Below, in pieces: positions 43,423 through 58,459 of a stretch of 64,000 bases of DNA. The stretch is taken from positions 44,206,001-44,270,000 of the forward strand of contig OZ024745.1 of NCBI GenBank assembly GCA_964016885.1. Reading direction: 5' to 3'. Source of the stretch: Eledone cirrhosa. Its lineage: Eukaryota. The notes under the pieces were generated by a model. It was given only the letters and a program-made list of their open reading frames with translations. It was not told the origin of the DNA and ran no database searches. Every line of letters begins with the position of its first letter. Positions within the stretch are counted from its first letter, which is position 1. Made by a program: the position numbers and the translations under genes.

Positions 43423-43478
<56 letters not shown>

Positions 43479-43495
43479 TGTTGGTGTTGTTGTGA
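40378..43495. repeat. (GGT/TGT/AGT)n trinucleotide low-complexity tract with internal block duplications
   Basis: Seen directly; TTGTTACTATTACTAGTGTTGTAG marks three blocks near 40383, 40942 and 41316. Confidence 0.95.
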
Positions 43496-43696
43496 ACTCA
43501 GGAAAGCGGGCGGAGTGATATGCAGTATTTTGCCGTAAGTTTAAACTTGCAATCTATATAAAGGAAAATATCTCCACTAAATATAATTGGTTCAACGTGT
43601 GTGTATGTACATATATGTGTGTGTGTGTATGTGTCCCCGTGTGCGTGTGTGTGTGTATAAGATATGTCGATGTAATTGTGCAAAGTCTGTGAAAGC

Positions 43697-43747
<51 letters not shown>

Positions 43748-43795
43748 GGTGTGTGTGTGTATGCGTGCATGTATATTTTGTTTGTATTTAACACA

Positions 43796-43834
<39 letters not shown>

Positions 43835-44189
43835 CATAAATCTATACATATATATGTGTATGTGTATTCATTTACATATATACATACATGTATGTATGTA
43901 TGTATGTATGTATGTATGTATGTATGTATGTATGTATGTATGTATGGTATGTAAGTATGTATGTATGGTGGACATATATGATACGTGTGTAAAGATTAGC
44001 AAATACAAAACGTATCGATTAGAGAAAACGATGTTAGAGGCGAGAGAAAGAAAGGGTGAGATTTGGAGGGAGCGAGAATGAAAGAATGGGTGAGTTTCTA
44101 AGATATTTAGAGAGAGGGAGATATCTAGAGAGAGATATCTAGAGATATCTAGAGAGAGATATCTAGAGAGATATCTAGAGAGAGATATC

Positions 44190-44236
<47 letters not shown>

Positions 44237-44738
44237 CAAAATAGATGCAAGAGAAAATAGACGTGTGAGAAAAGGCAAGAGAGATGGTTTGGGCAAGTAA
44301 GCTAGCTAAGCGATATGTAGGTGAACGGGCAAGTAGAATGGACGAAAGATTGAAAGAAAGTGAGATAGATTGTGTAATGGATGGCGAAGGGGTGAATGGC
44401 GATAGAGGTGGCTTGAGAGAAAATGTATTTAAAGCTTACGGACAACAATTTGCAGTTCCGGATTTGTGAAAATTGCCTGCTACGGAAAACGATGGCGTTA
44501 GAACGGCAACCGAGACGAAGAGGAAAAATCAAACTAAAGAATTTGAAGTCGAGTGGCATTAATAACCATGGCAACGTCTTTAAATGTGATAGGCAGTGTC
44601 TTTTTTTTTTTCTTTTATTTTAATTTCTTCCTTTGTTTTATGTAGTATGGGTGTTTTAAATATATATATATACACACTCATATATACTCACACATACATA
44701 CATACATACATACATACATACATACATACATACATACA

Positions 44739-44792
<54 letters not shown>

Positions 44793-44961
44793 GATATATA
44801 GATATATTCAAAATAGGGAGCGCACAGGACAAAGACAATGGAAAGACAACGGAAAGATGGACAGTCCTATCTCCTCAGTCAACCTCTGGAAATCACTACA
44901 GTTCAGTACATTAAGGTCGATACTAATCATACCAATGAACATTGGGACATACAAAAAGAGG

Positions 44962-45049
<88 letters not shown>

Positions 45050-45406
45050 AAAAAGTGAACAGAAATAACAAAGCAAATGACACAGTACATTAAAGAAATA
45101 TATTAGTTTGACTCTTGATATGGAAGGAAAAGAGTTTTTATGTTTGGGATACTAGATCTTCATCAGATGATAGAATGAGAAATAAATGATGAAATAGAAA
45201 GATAGAGAGTGAGAAGAGTAAGGAAGCCTATGTGGGGATTGTATTTGCTGATAAGATTATGGACACCTGAGTTGCCTTCATAGAACCAGTCCTGTGAACA
45301 TACCTCTTACTTCTTTTGAAGCCCAAGATGCTGCTTGTGGGAAATCAGCTCAAGGTTCGATCTGTATCGATCTAGCCCGACTCTGTAATCCACGGCTCGT
45401 CAGACT

Positions 45407-45478
<72 letters not shown>

Positions 45479-45520
45479 GAAGAATAACATGGTTGACAGT
45501 ACAAACAAGGATATTTATTT

Positions 45521-45631
45521 ACAGTCTTACAATTGTTTCCATGATAGAATTGTCTATAAATTGCTAAATACTGGAGACAGTATAACTCAATTTATAATAC
45601 ATCTAACTTCAATCATTTCATCAGAAACTAT
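45521..45631 (-). ncRNA. Type I hammerhead ribozyme (family G, left arm)
   Basis: Reverse complement of 45940-46050. Confidence 0.8.
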
Positions 45632-45939
45632 TAAGAACTATAAAATATATGCGTAACGTAAACTTAAAAATTCAAATTACTATATCAATAATAGTATTAA
45701 TGATAAATAAATAAAGGAAGGGGGACGGATGGAAATAAGAGAGAAAGAAAGAAAATGACGAAAGAAGGAACGAAGTTACGAAATCAAACTATATCTTCGT
45801 TCCTTCTTTCGTCATTTTCTTTCTTTCTCTCTTATTTCCATCTGCCCCCCTTCCTTTATTTATTTATCATTAATACTATTATTGATGTAGTAATTTCAAT
45901 TTTTAAGGTTACCGTTACGCATATATTTTATATTTCTTA

Positions 45940-46050
45940 ATAGTTTCTGATGAAATGATTGAAGTTAGATGTATTGTAAATTGAGTTATACTGTCTCCAG
46001 TATTTAGCAATTTATAGACAATTCTATCATGGAAACAATTGTAAGACTGT
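45940..46050 (+). ncRNA. Type I hammerhead with long stem II and minimal palindromic stem III (family G)
   Basis: ATAGTTT-CTGATGA(45947)-78-nt hairpin (ATGAT/ATCAT, TGTAAATTG/CAATTTATA, ATACTG-TCTC-CAGTAT)-GAAA(46032)-CAATTG-TA-AGACTGT. Confidence 0.85.
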
Positions 46051-46260
46051 AAATAAATATCCTTGTTTGTACTGTCAACCATGTTATTCTTAACTTTTTT
46101 TTATTACTATAAGATATATTTACATAGGAATACAAGCGAAGTCATAAAATCGTCACAAACATAAACCTCTTGTTGAGTCACACAGCACCGTACGCTTAAA
46201 CTGTCCATGATAAGTAGTTTTCACAGACTCGTATCGGATTACCTTTAACGATTTATTGTT

Positions 46261-46313
<53 letters not shown>

Positions 46314-46934
46314 ATAGAGAAATTAATGTGAGCAAGAAGTCAACAGTATTTCATAATATATAAGTGACTATAACGTCAAAATGGAAAATAATTAACGTAA
46401 GATATGGGAAAATAATTCAAACTCAATTAAAAAAAAATCAAGTCAGAGATTTTATCCACAGATTTTGTGAAATCCAGGGGAAAAAACCAATAGAGTCTTA
46501 ACTCAGAATAAAATAAAGTTTAAATACTCATCCTTCAATTTGGAAAAATTACAAATGCTCTATATAGTCTTAAAAAGACTATTTCACGACACTTTTCAGT
46601 GGGATTAGTCATGGTTGGAGTCATTCCTCAGTAGAGCTCAACACGATAACCCAAAGTACCACTGCCAAAATATGCCAAAAAGGGTATTTAAAAGCAGGCT
46701 AGTTCACCTCGTGCGGAATTTTGAAAATAAACATACATGGAGAAACATGGCTGGTGACGTCAGAATGAGACGAATGTCTGTTTACAAGAAACAGCAGTCA
46801 TAAACATTACACACACACATAGTTGAACAATGGTTGATTTAAGAAGTATTGGTAAAATGTGTGCGTTTCAACGCAAATGACTATATTAATAATAGTTAAG
46901 AAAATCGAAGAAAGTACTCCTTAAGGCTCATGAG

Positions 46935-47120
46935 GTCTTGTCCGCGGGGCGCAGCCGTTCTTCACCCATGCCCTATGCCCAATCACGCCCTGCCCCCTCT
47001 TCTGTGACATTAGAGTTCTTGCCATCCCCTCCCTTTCCCGTTCTTTTCCTCTTTTTTTCTCTATATTTTCCTATTCTTTTCTTTTCTTTTGTTTCCCTTT
47101 CTTTTTTTATTATTCTTGTC
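46935..47120 (+). mobile_element. 3' end of a CRE-like element
   Basis: VLSAGRSRS followed by a pyrimidine-rich tail, as in the other CRE ends. Confidence 0.45.
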
Positions 47121-47229
47121 AATTATACGGTATGTTGTCTAGATCAGTGAGTTCTGCTCCCACCCCACCCACTGCTTACACAACACCACATGAGGGCCAT
47201 ACTATGATACCGAGTTAGAACTGTTAATG

Positions 47230-47828
47230 TAGCTGTTTTTGTTGATGGTGTTGTTGTTATTGTTCCTGCTGTTGTTGTTGTTGTTGATGTTACTGAAGTT
47301 GTTGCTGTTATTGATGTTGCTGTTGTTGCTGTTGTTGTTGCTGTTATTGCTGTTGCTGTTGTTGATGTTTGATGTTGTTGATGTTGTTGTTTGTGTTGCT
47401 GTTGTTGATGTTGTTGTCGTTGCTGTTATTGCTGTTGCTGTTGTTGATGTTACTGTTGTTGTTGTTTGTGTTGCTGTTGTTGATGTTGTTGTTGTTGCTG
47501 CTTGTGTTGCTGTTGTTGATGTTGTTGTTGTTGCTGCTTCTGTTGCTGTTGTTGATGTTGTTGCTGTTGCTGATTGTGTTGCTGTTGTTGATGTTGTTGT
47601 TGTTGCTGCTTGGGTTGCTGTTGTTGTTGTTACTGCTTGTGCTGCTGTTGTTGATGTTGTTGTTGTTGTTGTTGTTGCTTGTGTTGCTGTTGTTAATGTT
47701 GTTGCTGTTTGTGTTGCTGTTGTTGTTGTTGCTGCTGCTTGTGTTGCTGTTGTTGCTGCTGCTTTTGCTATTGTTGTTGTTGTTGCTGCTTGTGTTGCTG
47801 TTGTTGTTGTTGTTGCTGCTTGTGTTGC

Positions 47829-47859
<31 letters not shown>

Positions 47860-48270
47860 GCTGCTTGTGTTGCTCGTGTTGCTGTTGTTGTTGTTGTTGC
47901 TTGTGTTGCTGTTGTTGTTGTTGCTGCTGCTTGTGTTGCTGTTGTTGATGTTGTTGTTGTTGTTGTTGCTGCTTGTGTTGCTGGTGTTGCTGTTGTTGTT
48001 GTTGTTGTTGTTGCTTGTGTTGCTGTTGTTGTTGTTGTTGTTGTTGCTGCTGCTTGTGTTGCTGTTGTTGATGCTGTTGTTGTTGCTGTTGTTGTTGTTG
48101 TTGCTGTTTGTGTTGCTGTTGTTGTTGTAATTGTTTGTGTTGCTGCTACTTGGGTTGCTGTTGTTGATGTTGTTGTTGTTGCTGTTGCTGTTGTTGCTGT
48201 TGTTGTTGTTGCTGCTTGTGTTGCTGTGTTGCTGTTGCTGCTTGTGTTGCTGTTGTTGATGTTGTTGTTT

Positions 48271-48303
<33 letters not shown>

Positions 48304-49860
48304 TTGTTGCTGCTTGTGTTGCTGTTGTTGTTGTTGTTGTTGCTGTTGTTGTTGAGGCTGCTGGTGTTGCTGTTGTTGTTGTTGTTGTTGCTTGTGTTGC
48401 TGTTGTTGTTGTTGTTGTTGTTGCTGCTGCTTGTGTTGCTGTTGTTGATGTTGTTGTTGTTGCTGCTTGTGTTGCTGTTGTTGTTGTTGTTGCTGTTTGT
48501 GTTGCTGTTGTTGATGTTGTTGTTGTTGCTGCTTGTGTTGCTGTTGTTGATGTTGTTGTTGTTGTTGCTGTTTGTGTTGCTGTTGTTGTTGTTGTTGTTT
48601 GTGTTGCTGTTGTTGTTGTTGTTGTTGCTGCTTGTGTTGCTGTTGTTGTTGTTGTTGTTGTTGCTGCTGCTTGTGTTGCTGTTGTTGATGTTGTTGTTGT
48701 TGCTGTTTGTGTTGCTGTTGTTGTTGTTGTTGTTTGTGTTGCTGTTGTTGTTGTTGTTGTTGCTGCTTGGGTTGCTGTTGTTGATGTTGTTGTTGTTGCT
48801 GCTTGTGTTGCTATTGTTGATGTTGTTGTTGTTGCTGCTTGTGTTGCTGTTGTTGATGTTGTTGTTGTTGTTGTTGTTGCTGTTGTTGCTGTTGTTGATG
48901 TTGTTGTTGTTGCTGCTTGTGTTGCTGTGTTGCTGTTGTTGTTGTTGTTGTTGCTGCTTGTGTTGCTGTTGTTGATGTTGTTGTTGAGGCTGCTGGTGTT
49001 GCTGTTGTTGTTGTTGTTGTTGTTGTTGTTGCTGCTGCTTGTGTTGCTGTTGATGTTGTTGTTGTTGTTGCTGCTTGTGTTGCTGTTGTTGATGTTGTTG
49101 TTGTTGCTGCTTGTGTTGCTGTTGTTGATGTTGTTGTTGTTGCTGCTTGTGTTGCTGTTGTTGATGTTGTTGTTGCTGCTTGTGTTGCTGTTGTTGATGT
49201 TGTTGTTGCTGCTTGTGTTGCTGTTGTTGATATCGTTTTTGTTGGTGTTGTTGATGTTGTTGCTGTTGTTGTTGTTGATGTTGTTGCTGATGCTGTTGCT
49301 GGTGTGATGCTGATGTTGTTGATGTATTTGTTGTAGTTAATGTGTACCACCACCACCACTAACAACAACAACAACAACAACAGCAACAACAACAACAACA
49401 ACAGCAACAACGCCAACACCAACAACACCAATAAAAATTACAATATCGGCAACACGACCACCACCACAACCACATCACAACCACCACCACCAACCACAAC
49501 ATGACCACCACCACCACCAACCACATCACGACCACCACCACCAACCACCACATGACCACCACCACCATCAACAACAACAACGACAACAATAACAACTTCC
49601 ACTAGTGACTGTTTTTGTTTTCTTTTTTCTTTGAAGTTGAATGTATTTCTGTTGGCGCCACATGGAAGAAAAGACGTCACCAGACTGCTGCCAATTCTAC
49701 TGCTGCTGCTGTTGCTATTGTTGTTGTTGTTGCTGATGTTCTTGTTATGGTGGTGGTTGTGGTGATTGTGGTGGCGGTGGTGATAGTGGTGGTAGTGATA
49801 GTGGTAGTATAGTGCAATGGGTGATAATAATAGTTATGGCAATAATGGTAGTGGTGGTGG
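47230..49860. repeat. (GTT/GCT/GAT)n tract with a recurring GCTGCTTGTGTTGCTGTTGTTGAT subunit, then (AAC/ACC)n
   Basis: Seen directly. Confidence 0.95.
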
Positions 49861-50119
49861 TCGTGTATTGACCAGATCAGATGTAATCCAGCAGATATAA
49901 TAATATCAATAATAACAATGACAATAATAGTAATCATGAGTAGATATATTATCAAAAGAGATGTGTTCATCACATCATCTTTTTTCAAATAGTATATCTT
50001 TAATTATATTATTTATCCACAGTCTCCTTCATCTCTGAAGGAGGCATGTTGTGACGGTAGGCTATGAATTTTAGCAGGTCAAGCAACGATGAAGAAGCTT
50101 CGTCGTAGGCCTGAATTTT

Positions 50120-51530
50120 GTTGGCGAATACTCTACCTCAACAATGGTGAAACTCTGTCGTACCCCTGCTGTTAATGTTATTGGTCAATACTCCACCTCA
50201 ACAATGGTGAACCTCTGTCGTAGGCCTGCTGTTAATGTTATTGGTCAATACTCTACCTCAACAATGGTGAGCCTCTGTCGTAGGCCTGCTGTTAATGTTA
50301 TTGGTCAATACTCTACCTCAACAATGGTGAATCTCTGTCGTAGGCCTGCTGTTAATGTTATTGGTCAATACTCTACCTCAACAATGGTGAACCTCTGTCG
50401 TAAGCCTGCTGTTAATGTTATTGGTCAATACTCTACCTCAACAATGGTGAACCTCTGTCGTAAGCCTGCTGTTAATGTTATTGGTCAATACTCTACCTCA
50501 ACAATGGTGAGCCTCTGTCGTAGGCCTGCTGTTAATGTTATTGGTCAATACTCTACCTCAACAATGGTGAACCTCTGTCGTAGGCCTGCTGTTAATGTTA
50601 TTGGTCAATACTCTACCTCAACAATGGTGAACCTCTGTCGTAGGCCTGCTGTTAATGTTATTGGTCAATACTCCACCTCAACAATGGTGAGCCTCTGTCG
50701 TAGGCCTGCTGTTAATGTTATTGGTCAATACTCTACCTCAACAATGGTGAACCTCTGTCGTAAGCCTGCTGTTAATGTTATTGGTCAATACTCTACCTCA
50801 ACAATGGTGAACCTCTGTCGTAGGCCTGCTGTTAATGTTATTGGTCAATACTCCACCTCAACAATGGTGAACCTCTGTCGTAGGCCTGCTGTTAATGTTA
50901 TTGGTCAATACTCTACCTCAACAATGGTGAGCCTCTGTCGTAGGCCTGCTGTTAATGTTATTGGTCAATACTCCACCTCAACAATGGTGAACCTCTGTCG
51001 TAGGCCTGCTGTTAATGTTATTGGTCAATACTCTACCTCAACAATGGTGAACCTCTGTCGTAGGCCTGCTGTTAATGTTATTGGTCAATACTCCACCTCA
51101 ACAATGGTGAGCCTCTGTCGTAGGCCTGCTGTTAATGTTATTGGTCAATACTCCACCTCAACAATGGTGAAACTCTGTCGTAGGCCTGCTGTTAATGTTA
51201 TTGGTCAATACTCTACCTCAACAATGGTGAACCTCTGTCGTAGGCCTGCTGTTAATGTTATTGGTCAATACTCCACCTCAACAATGGTGAACCTCTGTCG
51301 TAGGCCTGCTGTTAATGTTATTGGTCAATACTCCATCTTAGCAATGGGGAAACTCTATCGTTCGTTCATTGTTAATGCTATCGTGAATACTCCATCTTAG
51401 CAATGAGGAAACTAAATTGTTATGTCACTGTTGGTGTTGTTGGACAATTATCCACATTAGAAATGGTAAAACTAGATCGTTCGGTCACTGTCAATGTTGT
51501 TGGTCAATATTCCATCTTAGCAATGATGAA
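50120..51530 (+). repeat. 60-bp tandem repeat: about 20 near-identical copies with diverged flanking copies, one frame open (50144-51400)
   Basis: The unit is exactly 60 bp and translates as MVNLCRRPAVNVIGQYSTST. Confidence 0.97.
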
Positions 51531-51596
51531 TTTGTTATTGTCAATTGTTATATAATTTATAGTTTTAGCACTGCTTAATATTTGATACATGAGTGA

Positions 51597-51885
51597 GTAT
51601 TCCAATTGTTCGATTAATGGAACAGCCTGCTAAAGAAATTAACGTGTAAGTGACTGAGCATTCCATAGACATGCGTACTGTTAAGGTAATCCTCAGGAGA
51701 TTCAACGCAACATAGTGTGTGACAAGGCTGACCCATTGAATTACCGGCACAGTTCATCTGGTGGGCTTCCAAAAGCTTTTTGTCTAACCAATTTCGCTCA
51801 CATAGCATGAGTAGACATTTGCTTAAGATGCCACGTAATGAGATTAAACCTCAAATGTTATGATTATGAAACATACCTTTTAACT
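51597..51885 (-). mobile_element. SINE family B copy
   Basis: Homologous to 58460-58790 and to the reverse complement of the 55375-57890 element. Confidence 0.65.
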
Positions 51886-52082
51886 GTGTTTCACAACGTT
51901 TAGTTTAATGAGGTGAAGATGTCATCGACTGAACAGAACACTAATGTATTGCTAATATATATTTTCAACATTTGGTTTTGAACTCTTGGTGAAAAGCAAA
52001 ACAGTTTGTTTGTATGCTGTTGCTTTCATCATTTAAAATAATAAACGCAGGGTATAAAACTGGAACACGCAATGTGGTTAGG

Positions 52083-52420
52083 TACTTTCAGGTCTTGAAT
52101 AAACCCCACCCTCTTTTATTAAATTTTCAGATTTTTTCCAACCCCTACGCTTATTAAATTTTACTAATCTACCTTCGGCGAAATATTATTGTAAGTGATT
52201 CATGCCGATACAGCAGCTGGAGAATCTAAACAATTTTATTTTACATTGAAAAAACATTATATATGACAAAAAAAAAAGAACATTACAAGAAATCTCATAT
52301 TTACAAACGAACGTACACTATACAATTACCGATCCCCACCCCGTTTATTCCAACCCCTCCGCTTATAAGAATTTAAACAAATGTCCAATCCTTTCCCCTA
52401 TTATTTGGGACCCGAGAGTA
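52083..52420. mobile_element. MITE with imperfect TIRs and TA ends (Tc1/mariner-like)
   Basis: TACTTTCAGGTCTTGAATAA ... TTATTTGGGACCCGAGAGTA, with internal TCCAACCCCT.CGCTTAT repeats. Confidence 0.6.
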
Positions 52421-52857
52421 AATGGACCTCAGTCGCTTTCGGTCATTAAGTGTTCCATTTGTATGGACAACGGAACGGCATACTCGTTAAATTTGTGTGT
52501 AATTTGCTGAATATTCTATAGACATGTGTATCCTTAACGTAAATCCATAATGATATGGCACTGAACGGAGAGCAGGATAATAGGGAGAGTTACAGAAATA
52601 AGGAATGAATTGTGAACAATATTCCAACAACACAGCCTGTTTTCGTGATGAAAAATTGCATGCATAAATTCATGGAAAATGTATTAACTGAAACTGATTT
52701 TCTTTAAGATAATTCTGTTATTACAGTATCATGCTACAATTTAGTCCCAATTTATTCTCAAATACAATAATACTCACAAAGATTAAGTCGTGTCGAATTC
52801 TTGCCATTTAGAATTTTCAATCAATGTTACTTATAGAAATAGATTGATATTTGAATG

Positions 52858-54305
<1,448 letters not shown>

Positions 54306-54426
54306 ACACAATCATTAAAAACATAAATTAAAATGTATATACGCACCTCTATAACTATATAACACACGCGTACAAATACAAAGAGTTCTGTTTCGCCAGG
54401 AAGTTGTTGACTGAAATGGAATCGCC

Positions 54427-54522
<96 letters not shown>

Positions 54523-54648
54523 CCCTTTATTCTTTCCTTATAAAATTATGTTTTTTCACAAAAAAGTATTCTGTCTCTTATATATTCCATGTGCCATTAC
54601 CAACCTCAATTTTCTCTATAACCTTCGTTTTGTGTAGAAACTTACACT

Positions 54649-54727
<79 letters not shown>

Positions 54728-54846
54728 CGATTCCATTTCAGTCAACAACTTCCTGGCGAAACAGAACTCTTTGTATTTGTACGCGTGTGTTATATAGTTA
54801 TAGAGGTGCGTATATACATTTTAATTTATGTTTTTAATTATTGTGT
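54306..54846. repeat. 125-bp inverted repeat pair (54306-54430 and 54722-54846) around (TA)n-flanked DNA
   Basis: Near-perfect reverse complements containing GAAA-CA...TG-TA, which resembles the 3' half of a hammerhead. Confidence 0.92.
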
Positions 54847-55224
54847 GTCTACCCTACCTTCCATAGGTTATAGACTCCATACACGGGTGATTTTCCCTGT
54901 TTTATTGATGGCACACTATCTCTCTTTAGTGTGTCACCTTTTCAACATATTGTATTTTAAAGAGCTCAGGATTCCTTTTCCTTTGAGCACATTATTGACA
55001 GGGAATGGCGAGAGTCTATGGCTCCGTTAATTTAACGTGATATATATATATATATATTAATGATTATGCAACAGTAGTTGGATAAGCACAATAGGACAGT
55101 GCTTAGATGAGGAAGAGCATTACTTATGATCTTCAGGGCCTCTGAGATTGGTGGGGAGGAAGAGCGTAAGTTATCCTTGGACTGGATTCCTGGACCGATT
55201 GCTTGCAAAATAGGGTACACCACG

Positions 55225-55356
55225 GTTTCTGAATTAGGCACAAGGCCTCCTAGGGGAGGGGGAAAGTCTATTAAATTGATTCCAGTACGTTACTGGTACT
55301 TTATTTTATCGAGCTCGTAAGGATGAAGGCAAAGCTAACCTCGGCGGGATTTGAGT
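55225..55356 (-). mobile_element. SINE family A fragment
   Basis: CTGGTACTTTATTTTATCGA...GTAAGGATGAAGGCAAAGCTAACCTCGGCGGGATTTGAG. Confidence 0.85.
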
Positions 55357-55374
55357 CGAGTAGAGAACATCAGT

Positions 55375-57890
55375 GGAAGTAGTATGGTCGAATAGTTAAG
55401 AAGTTCGCTTTATAATCATTAGGTTCTAGGTTCGATTTCACTGCGTAGCATCTTGAGCAAATGTCATTTACCTCCGATAGACCCGTGCCTTGTGAGTGAA
55501 ATTAGGTAGACAGAAACTGTTTGGAAGCCCGTCAGATGGAGTGTACCTGTAATTCCACAGTTCAGGCTTGTCTCACATCGTGTCACACTGAATGAGCTAT
55601 GTGAGTGAAATTAGGTAGACAGAAACTGCTTGGAAGCCCGTCAGATGGAGTGTACCTGTAATTCCACAGTTCAGGTTTGTCTCACATCGTGTCACACCGA
55701 ATGAGCTATGTGAGTGAAATTAGGTAGACAGAAACTGTTTGGAAGCCCGTCAGATGGAGTGTACCTGTAATTCCACAGTTCAGGTTTGTCTCACATCGTG
55801 TCACACCGAATGAGCTATGTGAGTGAAATTAGGTAGACAGAAACTGTTTGGAAGCCCGTCAGATGGAGTGTACCTGTAATTCCACAGTTCAGGTTTGTCT
55901 CACATCGTGTCACACCGAATGAGCTATGTGAGTGAAATTAGGTAGACAGAAACTGCTTGGAAGCCCGTCAGATGGAGTGTACCTGTAATTCCACAGTTCA
56001 GGCTTGTCTCACATCGTGTCACACTGAATGAGCTATGTGAGTGAAATTAGGTAGACAGAAACTGTTTGGAAGCCCGTCAGATGGAGTGTACCTGTAATTC
56101 CACAGTTCAGGCTTGTCTCACATCATGTCACACTGGATGAGCTATGTGAGTGAAATTAGGTAGACAGAAACTGTTTGGAAGCCCGTCAGATGGAGTGTAC
56201 CTGTAATTCCACAGTTCAGGCTTGTCTCACATCATGTCACACTGAATGAGCTATGTGAGTGAAATTAGGTAGACAGAAACTGTTTGGAAGCCCGTCAGAT
56301 GGAGTGTACCTGTAATTCCACAGTTCAGGTTTGTCTCACATCGTGTCACACTGAATGAGCTATGTGAGTGAAATTAGGTAGACAGAAACTGTTTGGAAGC
56401 CCGTCAGATGGAGTGTACCTGTAATTCCACAGTTCAGGTTTGTCTCACATCGTGTCACACCGAATGAGCTATGTGAGTGAAATTAGGTAGACAGAAACTG
56501 TTTGGAAGCCCGTCAGATGGAGTGTACCTGTAATTCCACAGTTCAGGCTTGTCTCACATCATGTCACACTGAATGAGCTATGTGAGTGAAATTAGGTAGA
56601 CAGAAACTGTTTGGAAGCCCGTCAGATGGAGTGTACCTGTAATTCCACAGTTCAGGCTTGTCTCACATCATGTCACACTGGATGAGCTATGTGAGTGAAA
56701 TTAGGTAGACAGAAACTGTTTGGAAGCCCGTCAGATGGAGTGTACCTGTAATTCCACAGTTCAGGCTTGTCTCACATCATGTCACACTGAATGAGCTATG
56801 TGAGTGAAATTAGGTAGACAGAAACTGTTTGGAAGCCCGTCAGATGGAGTGTACCTGTAATTCCACAGTTCAGGCTTGTCTCACATCATGTCACACTGGA
56901 TGAGCTATGTGAGTGAAATTAGGTAGACAGAAACTGTTTGGAAGCCCGTCAGATGGAGTGTACCTGTAATTCCACAGTTCAGGCTTGTCTCACATCATGT
57001 CACACTGGATGAGCTATGTGAGTGAAATTAGGTAGACAGAAACTGTTTGGAAGCCCGTCAGATGGAGTGTACCTGTAATTCCACAGTTCAGGCTTGTCTC
57101 ACATCGTGTCACACTGGATGAGCTATGTGAGTGAAATTAGGTAGACAGAAACTGTTTGGAAGCCCGTCAGATGGAGTGTACCTGTAATTCCACAGTTCAG
57201 GCTTGTCTCACATCATGTCACACTGGATGAGCTATGTGAGTGAAATTAGGTAGACAGAAACTGTTTGGAAGCCCGTCAGATGGAGTGTACCTGTAATTCC
57301 ACAGTTCAGGCTTGTCTCACATCATGTCACACTGGATGAGCTATGTGAGTGAAATTAGGTAGACAGAAACTGTTTGGAAGCCCGTCAGATGGAGTGTACC
57401 TGTAATTCCACAGTTCAGGCTTGTCTCACATCATGTCACACTGGATGAGCTATGTGAGTGAAATTAGGTAGACAGAAACTGTTTGGAAGCCCGTCAGATG
57501 GAGTGTACCTGTAATTCCACAGTTCAGGCTTGTCTCACATCATGTCACACTGAATGAGCTATGTGAGTGAAATTAGGTAGACAGAAACTGTTTGGAAGCC
57601 CGTCAGATGGAGTGTACCTGTAATTCCACAGTTCAGGCTTGTCTCACATCATGTCACACTGAATGAGCTATGTGAGTGAAATTAGGTAGACAGAAACTGT
57701 TTGGAAGCCCGTCAGATGGAGTGTACCTGTAATTCCACAGTTCAGGCTTGTCTCACATCGTGTCACACTGGATCTCCTTGAGAATTGCATTAAGGCTACA
57801 CATATCTGTGGAATGTTCACAAGAAGACTGTCTGTTTATCGAATAACTGGAACCCTCATCGTTAAAACCGACGGAGATCCATTCTAGAGA
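55375..57890 (+). mobile_element. SINE family B copy whose internal segment is tandemly amplified
   Basis: tRNA-like head (TGGTCGAATAGTTAAG, GGTTCGATTTC) at 55385-55440. The family B tail resumes after the array at 57772-57890. Confidence 0.75.
55491..57772 (+). repeat. 109-bp tandem repeat, about 21 copies
   Basis: TGTGAGTGAAATTAGGTAGACAG starts at 55491, 55600, 55709 and so on. Confidence 0.98.
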
Positions 57891-58459
57891 CCATCTCTAT
57901 CCCTATCTCTCTTTCTTCCCCATCTCTCTCTTTCCCTGTTTCGCCCCCTCTCTTTATCTGTATATCTCCCCTTCCCCTCTCTCTCTTTCCCTGTCTCTCT
58001 CCCCCGCTTCCCTTTCTTCTCCGAACTTTTTATGGACCAATAAATAAGTATTGATTTATTTTAGTGAGAAATTATACATATTTCAGAAGACGGACATTCA
58101 AAATTCAGACGTTTATAACTTAAAATAAAGTAATAAATGAAATAATGATAATAATAATAATAACCTTAATAACAGAAGTGATGTGGGGAGGCTCTTCAAC
58201 GGGGAATCGAAACTGCATTGCTAACTCTTGTATTCAAGTATTCATTTACCATTGTAAATATCTTTAAATTCGTCATACACGTAGAGCCGCATGGGAATCG
58301 TGAGCAGACTTGTCTATTATACAAGTTTGACTTTGAACACTTTGTCAAGGGCAACTGCAACTTTCTCCTATATTATATAAATATATGTGTATGTGTCTAT
58401 GGATGGTGTCAAGTTGCATTATACGAGTCGAGGTTGAGCGGTAAGAAATTGTGGATTGA

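Larger units (their letters stand above)
45480..46091. repeat. 612-bp inverted repeat next to (TA)n (hammerhead family G)
   Basis: AAGAATAACATGGTTGACAG mirrors CTGTCAACCATGTTATTCTT, with the centre near 45785 and several substitutions between the arms. Confidence 0.95.

Noticed and set aside
47239-49431. Long Val/Ala/Leu ORFs and a mucin-like TTATQAATTTS repeat on the minus strand
   Set aside because: Trinucleotide low-complexity DNA with frame-breaking slips near 48225 and 48925. A mucin exon cannot be fully excluded without RNA data.
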